Assembly: GCA_016204255.1 (NCBI GenBank) | Contig: JACQLA010000006.1 | Span: forward strand, 3,038 to 67,037 | Source of the DNA: Candidatus Microgenomates bacterium | GTDB lineage: Bacteria; Patescibacteriota; Microgenomatia; JACQLA01 | Direction: 5' to 3' | Length of the DNA stretch: 64,000 bases | Position numbers and translations under genes: made by a program | The notes under the pieces: generated by a model | Told to the model about the DNA's origin: nothing | The model's database searches: none | Seen by the model: only the letters and a program-made list of their open reading frames with translations | In this document: positions 17,372-27,378 of the stretch, one piece after another | Layout: each line of letters begins with the position of its first letter | Position numbering within the stretch: the stretch's first letter is position 1

Positions 17372-19055
17372 TTAAATGCCCCCATAAATGCTCTTTGAGA
17401 TTAATTCTGTTTTTAATTATCTTCACCCCTTCGCTCTTTAAAAGTTTTTCTTTGGCCTTCAGGCCTTTGGCAAAGCCGGTTAAATGCCCGTCTGAACCTA
17501 CAACCCGATGACAGGGCACAATCGGCGCAAATGGATTTTTGTTTAGGGTCCGACCGACCGCTCGCGCGGCCCCCGGATTTCCGACAATTTTTGCAATTTG
17601 ACCATAGGTGGCCACCTTGCCTTTAGGAATTCTTTTAATCGCCTGATAAACTTGTGTGGCAAAGTTTTTCCTTTTTCCGGACCCGGAAAACATTGATTGC
17701 TTTCTTAAAATCTCTCCCCTGGGATACCAAAGATCTCGCACTTCACCAACTAAATAAAGTGATCCTGTTACTAAAACTAGATCTTGGCTATGAGCGATTT
17801 TTAAGGCTTTTCTCACCGCGTTTTTAGCTTTCGCCTCAATCATTATTTCTTTTGAGGTAATATTTTTGGTCAACTCTTGAGGGTCGGTAGCAGCCAAACC
17901 TGCTTGTAAAGTATCGGTTTCTACCTGAAATGTTGTTAGAATAAACTGCTGACTGATTTTATTTAAATGCTTTAAAGTGTTTTGTAAATTTTTTCCCTTT
18001 TTAATGGCAACCACACTAATAATCTTTTTTCGGGGGAAAATTATTTTTAAAGCTTTTGTTAAAGACTGCATTTTGGACGGATTATGCGCTCCGTCTAAAA
18101 AAACCAAAGGACTAGCCTGCACCTTTTCTAACCTACCGGGGAATTGAGCCTGAGAAAGGGTTTTTCTAAGAATCTTTTCAGGTAGACGGAAGTCAAACTT
18201 TTGTAGTTCTTCTGCCGCCACTATCGCCAACGTGGCATTTTTAACCTGATGCCCTCCCAGTAGGGATAGGGAAAGATTTTTATATAAATTTCGTGGTGTT
18301 TGTAAATCAAAAATTTCGCCATTCTCATTAATTTTTTTAATTTTAAAATTGAAGTCTTTCGTACTTAATAAAAGCCTGGCATGTTTTTGGCGACTTATTT
18401 TCTCAAAAAGACTGCAAACCTCCTTCTGTGTCACCCCGCTAACTACAATTCTTCCCTCTTTAATAATCCCAGCTTTATCTTTGGCGATTTCAAGAATTTT
18501 GTTTCCTAAAATCTCTGTGTGGTCTTTTTGAATATTGGTAATAACCGAAATTAAAGGATCAACGACATTGGTCCCATCAAGCGTTCCTCCCAATCCTACT
18601 TCAACAACGGCTAAATCCACTTTCTCTTGAGCAAAATAAAGAAAAGTCGCCGCTACTGTGAATTCGAAATAAGAAGGCTTACCCAATTTTCTGTCCTGAC
18701 CCATTCTTTCAGCCAAAGGTTTGATTTTTTCTACGAGATCGACTAAGCGCCGAGGAGAAATCGGCTGATTGTTGATTTGCAATCTCTCTCCCACGTACTG
18801 CAAGTGGGGTGAAAGATGTAAACCGACCTTATAACCGGCAGCCGAAAATAATGATGCAATTAAAAAAGCCGTCGACCCTTTCCCGGCCGTCCCTCCGACA
18901 TGAACTACGGGAAATTTTTTTTCCGGATTCCCTAAGAGATTTAAAAGATGTTTAATTCTTGTCAACCTCATTCCGACCGATTTAATAGGAATTAGGGATG
19001 AAAGATATTTCTCTGTTTCTTGAAAATCACTTTTTATCATTTTCTGCCTTTTCAA
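17364..19055 (-). CDS. fusion: folylpolyglutamate synthase/dihydrofolate synthase (FolC, Mur-ligase fold) + C-terminal MGMT/Ogt alkyltransferase domain
   Basis: Residues 1 to about 460 carry the Mur-ligase P-loop VGGTAGKGST and FolC-like blocks. The last ~90 aa are YGQIAKIVGNPGAARAVGRTLNKNPFAPIVPCHRVVGSDGHLTGF, with the PCHR active-site Cys of O6-alkylguanine transferases. The start may be the internal Met (MIKSDF). Confidence 0.8.
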   Translation of the reverse strand: MKRQKMIKSDFQETEKYLSSLIPIKSVGMRLTRIKHLLNLLGNPEKKFPVVHVGGTAGKGSTAFLIASLFSAAGYKVGLHLSPHLQYVGERLQINNQPISPRRLVDLVEKIKPLAERMGQDRKLGKPSYFEFTVAATFLYFAQEKVDLAVVEVGLGGTLDGTNVVDPLISVITNIQKDHTEILGNKILEIAKDKAGIIKEGRIVVSGVTQKEVCSLFEKISRQKHARLLLSTKDFNFKIKKINENGEIFDLQTPRNLYKNLSLSLLGGHQVKNATLAIVAAEELQKFDFRLPEKILRKTLSQAQFPGRLEKVQASPLVFLDGAHNPSKMQSLTKALKIIFPRKKIISVVAIKKGKNLQNTLKHLNKISQQFILTTFQVETDTLQAGLAATDPQELTKNITSKEIMIEAKAKNAVRKALKIAHSQDLVLVTGSLYLVGEVRDLWYPRGEILRKQSMFSGSGKRKNFATQVYQAIKRIPKGKVATYGQIAKIVGNPGAARAVGRTLNKNPFAPIVPCHRVVGSDGHLTGFAKGLKAKEKLLKSEGVKIIKNRINLKEHLWGHLND

Positions 19056-19314
19056 GCTCCTTTTTCAGTTGGCCTAATTTCCACATAAAGAGCCTGCCCC
19101 TGCTTTTAGCGTTTGCGTCTTTTACAAAATTGCGAGCTGATTCAAGAAGTATACGTGGCGAAGATTTGGCTAGCTTAATGTACAAAGCTTTATGCTTCAT
19201 GTCACCCAATTCCTCAGCTAAATCATAGCCATATTTTTGAAACTCTCGGGAAATATACTTGTCTTCCAAGGGATTAAATTTATTTAAAATTTGTTTAACG
19301 GACTGCATTTTCAA
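19027..19314 (-). CDS. hypothetical small basic helical protein
   Basis: 95 aa, packed between pth and the folC fusion. No family recognised. Confidence 0.45.
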   Translation of the reverse strand: MKMQSVKQILNKFNPLEDKYISREFQKYGYDLAEELGDMKHKALYIKLAKSSPRILLESARNFVKDANAKSRGRLFMWKLGQLKKELEKAENDKK

Positions 19315-19317
19315 TAA

Positions 19318-19908
19318 TTAATTATAACGATTCATCGCTTCTTCAATACCTTTTTCCAATGAAAGTCGAATTGCTTCACCCACTTTCTTGATCATGGTTT
19401 TGACCTCTTTTTCCTCTTTTGAGCCGAATTCAGATAAAACGTATCTTTCAATCTCTCTTCTTTTAACATTGGTTTTCTCCCATTCTCCATGCCCTTGGGG
19501 TCGACCAATTCCCAATCGAAAACGAATAAACTCTAATGTTTTTAAACTTTCGGCAATGGATTCAAGACCATGGTGTCCGGCTGTCCCCCCACCTTTTCTT
19601 ATTTTAATTTTCCCTGGGGATAGATCTAAATCATCATGAATTACCCAAACATCATCCGGCCCGATATGAAAAAAGTCAACTAATCTTTTAACCGCCCAAC
19701 CGCTCTCATTCATAAAAGTTTGTGGTTTAGCTAAAATTACTCCCCCGACTTTGGCAATTTCCGATTTATTTTTTTTATCCTTTTGCCAGACCGATTTATC
19801 AATCGGAGCTAAATCTTTTAATAATCTGTCCACTGCCATAAACCCGATATTATGTCGGGTATTTGCATATTTTTCGCCTGGATTACCCAAACCTATAATT
19901 AGCTTCAT
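19318..19908 (-). CDS. pth: peptidyl-tRNA hydrolase
   Basis: 196 aa. N-terminal LIIGLGNPGEKYANTRHNIGF and the HDDLDL block. Confidence 0.9.
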   Translation of the reverse strand: MKLIIGLGNPGEKYANTRHNIGFMAVDRLLKDLAPIDKSVWQKDKKNKSEIAKVGGVILAKPQTFMNESGWAVKRLVDFFHIGPDDVWVIHDDLDLSPGKIKIRKGGGTAGHHGLESIAESLKTLEFIRFRLGIGRPQGHGEWEKTNVKRREIERYVLSEFGSKEEKEVKTMIKKVGEAIRLSLEKGIEEAMNRYN

Positions 19909-20549
19909 AATGTTAAATTATCTTTTGCTCTTTTAAGTAATTCAAGAGTATTTTCATCACTAACCTGATTGAATTCTTCGTAAAACTGACCCACGGCCCG
20001 AAATTCCGGCTCAACTTTTAAGCAAATTAATTCGTCAACCCGTGTTTTTAATTTCGCAATTACATCCGTCGGCGCTATCGGCACTCCCAAAATAATTTTG
20101 TCAGGAGTTTGAGTTTTTATCCAATTGATGGCAACTTCAACGGTAGTCCCCGTGGCAATCCCATCGTCAACCAAGATAACTATTTTTCCATTTAAGTCTC
20201 TGGCCGGTCGTCCTTGACGAAAAAAATTTTCCTTCTCATCGCGCTCTTTTGCCTTTACCTTCAAAGCCTCATCTTTATATTTTTGATCGACATTAAGCTT
20301 TAAGCAAAGATCTTCATTCCAAATCGTAATCCCATTCGGCCCCACGGCTCCGATCGCAAGTTCGGGATTTTGGGGAGCGCCAATTTTTTTAATCACCAGC
20401 GGCTCAAGCGGAATCTCTAACCCCCGGGCAACTTCCAAAGCCGTTACAACACCTCCCCTTGTCAGACCCAAGACAATTGCCTGCTCACTTTTTAAATGAG
20501 GTAGTCTTTGAGTAAGTAACTGACCAGCTAATTGTCGATTTTTAAACAT
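19905..20549 (-). CDS. phosphoribosyltransferase-family protein
   Basis: 214 aa with PRPP-binding motif VILVDDGIATGTT. Confidence 0.75.
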   Translation of the reverse strand: MFKNRQLAGQLLTQRLPHLKSEQAIVLGLTRGGVVTALEVARGLEIPLEPLVIKKIGAPQNPELAIGAVGPNGITIWNEDLCLKLNVDQKYKDEALKVKAKERDEKENFFRQGRPARDLNGKIVILVDDGIATGTTVEVAINWIKTQTPDKIILGVPIAPTDVIAKLKTRVDELICLKVEPEFRAVGQFYEEFNQVSDENTLELLKRAKDNLTL

Positions 20550-20647
20550 AGCCCTGACTTTAATCTAAGGAAACAACCTTACTGCATGGTCCGCCTAACT
20601 ACTGAATCAATTATACTACAACATATTTCTGTAATTACCCATCAACT

Positions 20648-20680
20648 AAACCAAAAGGTCACCCTTTAATAAGGATGACC
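20648..20680 (-). terminator. rho-independent terminator after the DUF4870-like gene
   Basis: Minus strand GGUCAUCCUUAUUAAAGGGUGACC hairpin (20680-20657), followed by UUUUGGUUU. Confidence 0.6.
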
Positions 20681-20734
20681 ATTGTTGATTATTAAAGCAT
20701 TAACTATTTAGTTTTATCCTTTACTAAAATCTTG

Positions 20735-21046
20735 TTAAACCTGCCTCTCAGCTATTTCACCAATATAGGGAAGCTTGTATTTTTCTCCGCTATAAGCCTT
20801 GTACATCAGGAATACCCAAAGAATAAGGCCGACCGGAACAACAAAAATACTTAAAAGCGGTACAAAATTGAGAACGGATAAAACGCCGAATACAATCGTT
20901 GACTGCATGGCATGGAACCGAACGAATTTATCTTTTTCACTTAAAAGGAAAAAAATGCCGGTAAAGAAAAATCCCAAATAAGTAAGAGCAGCTTTTAAAT
21001 TCTGGTCTTCATTTGTCTTAACAGTGCGAGCCATCAATCTCTTCAC
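20735..21046 (-). CDS. DUF4870-like small membrane protein
   Basis: 103 aa. LTYLGFFFTGIFFLLSEKDKFVRFHAMQS pattern with 3 TM segments. Confidence 0.55.
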   Translation of the reverse strand: MKRLMARTVKTNEDQNLKAALTYLGFFFTGIFFLLSEKDKFVRFHAMQSTIVFGVLSVLNFVPLLSIFVVPVGLILWVFLMYKAYSGEKYKLPYIGEIAERQV

Positions 21047-21119
21047 CCCCTTTCGAACTTCGTCTAAAACGAGTGCTTATTTCATTCTGACATGATCTCT
21101 CAATTCTTGTCAATGAATC

Positions 21120-21821
21120 TTAAGAAATTCCGGCAAAAAGATCATTGCCGGATTCTTCCAATTGGTCTGTCCGACTGTGGGCTAAATTAAAATATTCGAT
21201 TTTAGGGAAATTTTTCCTCTTCAGATATCTTTCCCAATCCGCCTTTTGGGTTTGATGGGCTTTAAGAGCTTTTACCTTCTCCGACCAGTATTCAGAGACG
21301 TCCAACTTAGCAGTTATTTTTTCATCAGGAAAACCCAGGAAAAGGCGGTTAAATTTTTGGGCCAAAGATCGGGGAAAAACAACATAATAAAGCTTTTTAA
21401 GTTCTTTTACCTTGAGAAAAGCGCGGGTGGTTGCCAATGAAACGGCAATATGATCCAGGTGTCCCGAGATGCCGCTTGGATCAAAAGTCACGACAACCTG
21501 GGGTTTAATTTTTTTCATCTTGAGACTAATTTTTTCTTCCAGCCCAAGGATTTGGTTATTATTGATTTGACCATCTTTAAAGCCTAAGAATTCTACTTTT
21601 TTTACTCCTAAAATTTTAGCTGCCGTCAAGAGTTCCGTTTGGCGAACATCAGCAAGTTTTCGTGCCGAAGGACTAACATCGGACCACTGTCCACTTTGAC
21701 CACGAGTAGCACAAACAAGATAGATTTCCACCTTTTGGGCGGCGTATTTTGCTAATGTTCCGCCGATGGAAAACGATTCGTCGTCAGGATGGGCAAAAAC
21801 CCCCAAAATTCTCTGTTTCAT
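21120..21821 (-). CDS. PIG-L/LmbE-family N-acetylglucosaminyl deacetylase
   Basis: 233 aa. AHPDDE motif (VFAHPDDESFSIGG) and the HLDH zinc-ligand block. Confidence 0.85.
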   Translation of the reverse strand: MKQRILGVFAHPDDESFSIGGTLAKYAAQKVEIYLVCATRGQSGQWSDVSPSARKLADVRQTELLTAAKILGVKKVEFLGFKDGQINNNQILGLEEKISLKMKKIKPQVVVTFDPSGISGHLDHIAVSLATTRAFLKVKELKKLYYVVFPRSLAQKFNRLFLGFPDEKITAKLDVSEYWSEKVKALKAHQTQKADWERYLKRKNFPKIEYFNLAHSRTDQLEESGNDLFAGIS

Positions 21822-22798
21822 TTTTTACCTTTAAAAGTTACGTGGTATAAATTTTGATCCTGGGCTCCCAAGTCATATTTATAACGTTCATTACCTCTTA
21901 AAAAATCAAATTTCGATTTCCTCTTAGAAATTGCTGCTTTGATCAAAAAGGCTTTTAGTAAAAACCCGGGAGCCAGGTAAGAAAAAGCGGGATCAAAACC
22001 AGAATTATAGAGAAGAATTTCGTTTTTACAAACAAAGGAAAGGGTGGCGGCAATCCGCTGGCCTTCAAAATCCAAAAAGCAAAGATCAATCATTTTTTCA
22101 GTAGTCAAAAGGCAGGCGAATTCTTCAAAAAATCTTTCGATTTCTGGTTTTAAAAAATTTCTTTTTTGGTCATTCGACAACCGCATTAAACGAAAAAAAT
22201 CCCTCATCCCCTCGCGTAAATTTTCCGGTTTACAAATTTCAAAAGCACCTAAAGATTCCAGTCTTCGAATCTTTCTTCGTAATTCCTGTCTTTCTTTCCT
22301 CTTAAGACCGGCAAGATAATCTTCCCAAGCCGAAGGTAATCTTATAAAAGGAGCTACATCTTCTATTTCTATTTCTAAATTCAACCCGGAATAGCTTTTT
22401 AAAAATCGCAGACTGGGTGATTCTTCACGCAGGAAGTGCAAATCAAGATTTGCTCCAAGTTGGTCAAAATGATTTAAGATAACTGGCCAGACAACCTCTT
22501 CTTGATCTTTAATGGCAATAATATCCCCATAATCAGTTACTAACTCCCCACCTAAAATTTCTTCAGTCCCCCAAAAAGAAAAGTCCGATCCGTTTTTTAA
22601 AAAGGGAGCAATGGCCAAAAGTTGACTGGCCTTCCGAACCGTTAAGATGTAAGGAATATTTTTGGAGAAATGCTTAAACCAGACCTGGGCCCAATCAAAG
22701 CTTTGGAAAAAGGTGGCGGTTGAGCTTTGTAAAGGGAGCTCGCGCCATTCCCTCTCGACACCCAAAGGATTGTCTTTAACTTCTATGGTGATCATCAT
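21818..22798 (-). CDS. GNAT-fold acyl/aminoacyl-transferase-like protein (BioF2/CelD/FemAB-like)
   Basis: 326 aa. Recognised only by overall resemblance of the C-terminal half to Acetyltransf_6-type proteins. ATGA overlaps on both sides. Confidence 0.5.
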   Translation of the reverse strand: MMITIEVKDNPLGVEREWRELPLQSSTATFFQSFDWAQVWFKHFSKNIPYILTVRKASQLLAIAPFLKNGSDFSFWGTEEILGGELVTDYGDIIAIKDQEEVVWPVILNHFDQLGANLDLHFLREESPSLRFLKSYSGLNLEIEIEDVAPFIRLPSAWEDYLAGLKRKERQELRRKIRRLESLGAFEICKPENLREGMRDFFRLMRLSNDQKRNFLKPEIERFFEEFACLLTTEKMIDLCFLDFEGQRIAATLSFVCKNEILLYNSGFDPAFSYLAPGFLLKAFLIKAAISKRKSKFDFLRGNERYKYDLGAQDQNLYHVTFKGKK

Positions 22799-24114
22799 TT
22801 AAAAAGACTCAATTGATTGTTCTGTACAGGTGCTTCCGCCAGAATTAGCTCCTCTGACCAGATTTTAACCTTCCCAAAAATTCCATCGTAACCCGGCTCA
22901 ACCACAATTTGCCCTTTTCTTACCTTCACTACCCCCTCCGCAATTTTTACTCCCGCAATGTTATCAAGCTCCTTGTAGGGGGTTTTTAAAAGAACATTAA
23001 ATTCTGAGCCAAAATTTTCAGTTAATTTAATGTACTCATTTATCACCTTTTGGCTTGCTGGTAATGAACCTATAGCTTCGGCTAAAATCTCTAAAAGAGG
23101 CACCATTCTCACATAAGGCGGTTTTTTACTTACCGGATTAGTATTCCATAAAAGATCTGTTTTCCCATTCTCAGCCCGAATCTTCTCTTCACGATTAGCG
23201 AGTTTTTCCACCCGGTGCATCACTCCCACAGTTAGACCTCTCCCGCATACAGGACATACGGAGCCTAATGTTTTAGTTTCCTGAGGGCTTTGCCGAATAT
23301 TACAGTTGCGATGGCCAGTATAATGATATTTTCCTTCTTCAGGATAAAATTCAATTGTATAAACAATACGAGAAGCGGCTTCTCCCTTTACCGCTTTTCG
23401 AATATCTTCGTAAGTTAGTTTGCGAGCATCCTCTACTTCGAAAACTGTAGCCTCCCGACCTAGTTTTGCCGGTGAATGTGCATCGGAAAAAGACAGGATG
23501 GCTCGTGAATCAAGTTCGGCAATTCTCCAGTTCATAGCCGGATCCGAAGAAAGACCCGTCTCAACCCCAAAGATGCTGGAAGTTAATTCACCGAAACATT
23601 CCTCAATTGAATCAAATCCCGATTCTGAACCATAGAGTGAAAACCAAGGAGTCCAAATGTGCGCGGGAATAATTAAGCAATGATCCTCAATGCTTAAAAT
23701 TAGTTCGGTCAAATCGTGTGCAGAAAGGCCCACGATGGGTCGGCCATCCGACATCAGATTGGCCCCCTTTTTTAACAGTTCATTATTTATCTTTTCCACC
23801 GCCTCAAGCGAAGGGGCAAAAATTACAGTATGAATCCGACGTAGCCGACCGCCTTGCGAATAAATGCTTGAAATTTCCGTTGAGAGAAGAAAATGGGTCT
23901 TTTCTTTAGAGTCCTTTAATTTGTATAAACCTTTGCTTGTCTCTTCGAGCTGACTTTTAAGCTCCCGGAACCACAAAGGATGCGTGAAATCCCCTGTTCC
24001 TAAAAGATCAATTCCCTTTCTTTGACCCCACTTAGCCATCTCAGGTAGTGTCATTTGTTGGGAAACCGCCCGGGAATATTTACTGTGTAAGTGGAGATCG
24101 GCGATAACCTGCAT
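22795..24114 (-). CDS. PHP-domain nuclease, endonuclease Q-like (TIGR00375 family)
   Basis: 439 aa. N-terminal DLHLHSKYSRAVS...GTGDFTHP, later PAHIWTPW and DAHSP metal-ligand blocks, and a CPVCG zinc finger. This matches my recollection of archaeal/Bacillus EndoQ. Confidence 0.6.
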   Translation of the reverse strand: MQVIADLHLHSKYSRAVSQQMTLPEMAKWGQRKGIDLLGTGDFTHPLWFRELKSQLEETSKGLYKLKDSKEKTHFLLSTEISSIYSQGGRLRRIHTVIFAPSLEAVEKINNELLKKGANLMSDGRPIVGLSAHDLTELILSIEDHCLIIPAHIWTPWFSLYGSESGFDSIEECFGELTSSIFGVETGLSSDPAMNWRIAELDSRAILSFSDAHSPAKLGREATVFEVEDARKLTYEDIRKAVKGEAASRIVYTIEFYPEEGKYHYTGHRNCNIRQSPQETKTLGSVCPVCGRGLTVGVMHRVEKLANREEKIRAENGKTDLLWNTNPVSKKPPYVRMVPLLEILAEAIGSLPASQKVINEYIKLTENFGSEFNVLLKTPYKELDNIAGVKIAEGVVKVRKGQIVVEPGYDGIFGKVKIWSEELILAEAPVQNNQLSLFK

Positions 24115-24140
24115 CGAGGATTATTTTAACATATCACTGT

Positions 24141-25922
24141 CTATTGGGCGGACCTTGTTCGATGAGCTCCCTGCGCTTTGAACATGCCTTCAATTTCCTT
24201 TAAAGTTGTGGCATCTTCCGGCAATTTATCGGAGCGAAATTCTACAAGGCGGGGAAAGCGCAGGGCAAAACCCGGCGTCTCTACCTCCCAAGCCTCACCA
24301 GATTTGGATTTCCTTAAGATTCTGCCAGCGGTATGAACTGGTGAGCGCGTTATTTCATCAGCACGGATAACAACTACCTTTTGAGGCTCAACCCAAACAT
24401 CACAATTCATTAGTTTATCAATATCGTACCTTGCGGGTTTATGATTAGCCTTAACTTCATCGCATTCTTTTTTCATCCTCCGCCACTCTTCATCAGTTAA
24501 TCCTGTTCCTATTTTGGCGATTGTCTTAAATAAATCTTGGCTTTGATCATAAATCCCGATTAAAAAATCGCCAATTCCAAAAGAATTGCGCTTCCCCTGA
24601 CCAAAATCATATCCCATTACTACCGCATCGATTGTATCCTCAAGTTTTCCGGAATATGATCTTTTATATTTAATCCAATTCCATCCACGGGCGCCAGCCT
24701 GATAGCTGCCATCCAATCGCTTTGCCATTACCCCTTCAAGCCCTCGCGAAATCGCATCCTGGAAGATTTTTTCTAAATCATCTGCTTTTTCTACAATTGT
24801 TTCCTCGGAAAGAAGCAGGGTTTCCCCTTTTCCAATCAGTTTTTCCAAATTCTTCCTTCTAACCTCATAGGGTTGGTGAATAAGGTTTTTCCCTTCCAAA
24901 TAAAGAAGATCAAAACAAATCAGCTTCAGAGGAATTTCGGCAGCCTTTTTTTCAATATCGTATTTTCTCTTGCGCTGAACCGTCTCTTGAAAGGGCAGGT
25001 ACTCTCCTGTTTGGGGATTATAGGCAATCGCCTCGCCTTCAAAAATTACTTCTTTTGCTTTGATCTGTTTTAATACGCCGGCAACTAAATCCGGATACAT
25101 AAAGGTAACATTCTCCATGTTGCGCGTAAACATTTGAACTTCCTTATTTTTGTGTACTGCCAGTCTAAAACCGTCAATCTTTGGTTCAATAGCACAGCGT
25201 CCAATTTTATCAATAATTTCTTTAGCGGAGGAAAGACGTTCAGAACGCGCCATTAAAATCGGCGTACCCACAGATGGAACCACCGAGTCAAACCCGGCAA
25301 TCCCCTTCTCTTTAACCGTCTTGACGATAAAACCAAGGTCGGGCCGAACATTGTAAGCTTTTTCAATTGAGGGGCGGGCAGATTTGGTCTTATCAAGCAT
25401 CCAAGACAGGGCATCCAAAACGGTCATATCGGAAAAGCCCAGTCTCAATTTACCAATGGGAATTCGAACAATATACCGCGCCGAGAGAGCATCAAGGTCC
25501 TTTAAAAGATGTGCTAAAACACCAATTTTCAACTCAACCGATCCCGCTCCTGAATTGTTGACAATCCTGCAGAGCTGTTCATAGACTTCATTCACACTTA
25601 GTGTTTTTACTGAACCGTGCTTTTCTTTTTTAAGAGCCTCGGCAACAACTCCCAGGTCTCCCCGTTGACCGAATCTCTGACTCACTTCTGTTGCAGAAAC
25701 ATCATGGGCCTGGGCAATCGCCCGGATAATCATCCTGTCGGCCATCCCAAACTCAAGCGGCTCAAAAAGCGGGGCCACTCTTCCCTGAGAAAGGTAAGCA
25801 ATTTTATCGACTTCACTTTTATCTGCTTCTGCAAACAGCTCTGCCAAGATCTCAATCATCTGATTTCTTGAAGATGTGGATTCGAGTTTTTGAAAATAAT
25901 TGGCCAGCTCATGAAATTTCAT
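24141..25922 (-). CDS. lig: ATP-dependent DNA ligase (archaeal/eukaryotic Lig1-like, three-domain)
   Basis: 593 aa. Motif I EPKIDGFR (KxDG), FEGEAIA, EGVMAK, WIKYK. An N-terminal DNA-binding domain and a C-terminal OB domain are implied by length. Confidence 0.9.
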   Translation of the reverse strand: MKFHELANYFQKLESTSSRNQMIEILAELFAEADKSEVDKIAYLSQGRVAPLFEPLEFGMADRMIIRAIAQAHDVSATEVSQRFGQRGDLGVVAEALKKEKHGSVKTLSVNEVYEQLCRIVNNSGAGSVELKIGVLAHLLKDLDALSARYIVRIPIGKLRLGFSDMTVLDALSWMLDKTKSARPSIEKAYNVRPDLGFIVKTVKEKGIAGFDSVVPSVGTPILMARSERLSSAKEIIDKIGRCAIEPKIDGFRLAVHKNKEVQMFTRNMENVTFMYPDLVAGVLKQIKAKEVIFEGEAIAYNPQTGEYLPFQETVQRKRKYDIEKKAAEIPLKLICFDLLYLEGKNLIHQPYEVRRKNLEKLIGKGETLLLSEETIVEKADDLEKIFQDAISRGLEGVMAKRLDGSYQAGARGWNWIKYKRSYSGKLEDTIDAVVMGYDFGQGKRNSFGIGDFLIGIYDQSQDLFKTIAKIGTGLTDEEWRRMKKECDEVKANHKPARYDIDKLMNCDVWVEPQKVVVIRADEITRSPVHTAGRILRKSKSGEAWEVETPGFALRFPRLVEFRSDKLPEDATTLKEIEGMFKAQGAHRTRSAQ

Positions 25923-26974
25923 AGCGTCGTTTTTAAAACATATTTTGAAGCTTTAGTAACTCCGGTCTTTTTAAGAATTCCCTTTTTGATCAAATCTTGC
26001 AAATCTCTTAAAACTGAATCTTCGGATATCATCGGGAAAAGATCTTTAAAGGCTTTGTTTTGTAAGAAACCCGCCCCTTGAATATATTCAAGGATCTTAA
26101 TTTGCCTGGAAGTCAAAGCCACCTGTCTGCCGCCCATTTTTTCTTTAAGTTTCAGATCGACAGAAAGATTCTGGACTTTTTCCTTAATTTTTGCCAACTC
26201 TTGAGCCAAACCCTCAATAAAATATTCCAACCACAGAGTCAGATCTCCGCTTTCCGCACTTTTTAGGGCTCCATAATAGCCAATTGCATCACGGTCATAA
26301 TGTTCCTCTAGAGAAAAGAAGCGTTTTACATCATAGCCTTCCCTAAACAGCGCCATAATGGCGGCTGCACGAGCCACCCGACCATTGCCATCCAGAAAAG
26401 GGTGAACTCTCGCAAGCTCATAATGAATGATTCCGGCTTTCAAAACGGGGTGCAAATCTTTAGCGGGTGGCCCTCCCAACCAGTTAATAAAACTTTCCAA
26501 AAGATATGGAACCTCAATAAAAGGTGGAGGAGCAAAAGTTATCTCTCCGGTTTGAGAATTTTTAATTACTACTTTTTTTGTTCGGTATTCTCCACATTCT
26601 TCTTTTGGTAAAATTTTTTCAACTGTTAATTTATGAAGATGCTTAATAATACTTTCAGTAATTTTAAAATCCTTATCCTTTTTTTGCAGGCCATCGATAT
26701 AGTTTAAAACATTGCGATAATTGATTACTTCCTGGATATCACGCTCACGGGCTAAAACGGCTTTTCCCTCCATCACTCGCACGGCCTGAGTCAGATTGAG
26801 CTCATTACCCTCAATATGCGTCCCGTAATGAACCGTTCGGATAATTGCTTCCTCCCGAAATTTAGCCTCCCAGGCCGGTACCAGCGGAGCATTAATGATT
26901 ACTTCACGACAGGCTTCAATTAAGCCGATGTTTTTAAGGATTTTGTTGGTGATTGTAAAATTGGGAAAATACAT
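25919..26974 (-). CDS. Fic-family protein (AMPylase-type) with C-terminal winged-helix domain
   Basis: 351 aa with Fic motif HPFLDGNGRVARA. ATGA overlap with the ligase gene. Confidence 0.9.
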   Translation of the reverse strand: MYFPNFTITNKILKNIGLIEACREVIINAPLVPAWEAKFREEAIIRTVHYGTHIEGNELNLTQAVRVMEGKAVLARERDIQEVINYRNVLNYIDGLQKKDKDFKITESIIKHLHKLTVEKILPKEECGEYRTKKVVIKNSQTGEITFAPPPFIEVPYLLESFINWLGGPPAKDLHPVLKAGIIHYELARVHPFLDGNGRVARAAAIMALFREGYDVKRFFSLEEHYDRDAIGYYGALKSAESGDLTLWLEYFIEGLAQELAKIKEKVQNLSVDLKLKEKMGGRQVALTSRQIKILEYIQGAGFLQNKAFKDLFPMISEDSVLRDLQDLIKKGILKKTGVTKASKYVLKTTL

Positions 26975-27043
26975 ATCAATAGTATTATACTGCAGTCACG
27001 TTGCCTCCTCTGTTCAATTAATGCTACAATTATACCAGTTATC

Positions 27044-27316
27044 ATGGGAAAAGCTCAAAAGAAAACCGCATCAAAACGTCTCCATACCGAAGTTATCCGC
27101 CAAATGCTGACTTTAGCTACTTCAGGGTTTGGTTTAGTAGCGGCGTTGGCCTGGAATAGTGTTATTCAGGAATTCGTGAATAATTACATTAAAAACTGGC
27201 TTCCTCAAGGAAGTGGTGTTATCTCTCTTCTAATTTACGCGATTGCTATTACCGCCTTGGCTGTCTTTGTCACCTTTCAACTCTCCAGGCTACTTGAAAA
27301 ATTAGAAAAAAAATAA
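27044..27316 (+). CDS. small membrane protein (DUF5654-like)
   Basis: 90 aa, two TM helices, LVAALAWNSVIQ block. A TGCTACAAT extended -10 lies upstream. Confidence 0.5.
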   Translation: MGKAQKKTASKRLHTEVIRQMLTLATSGFGLVAALAWNSVIQEFVNNYIKNWLPQGSGVISLLIYAIAITALAVFVTFQLSRLLEKLEKK

Positions 27317-27378
27317 TTACCCTCCTGTCTGGAAATCCTCCGTCTTCATTTACCAGTTTTCTTGTGATATAACTTTCT

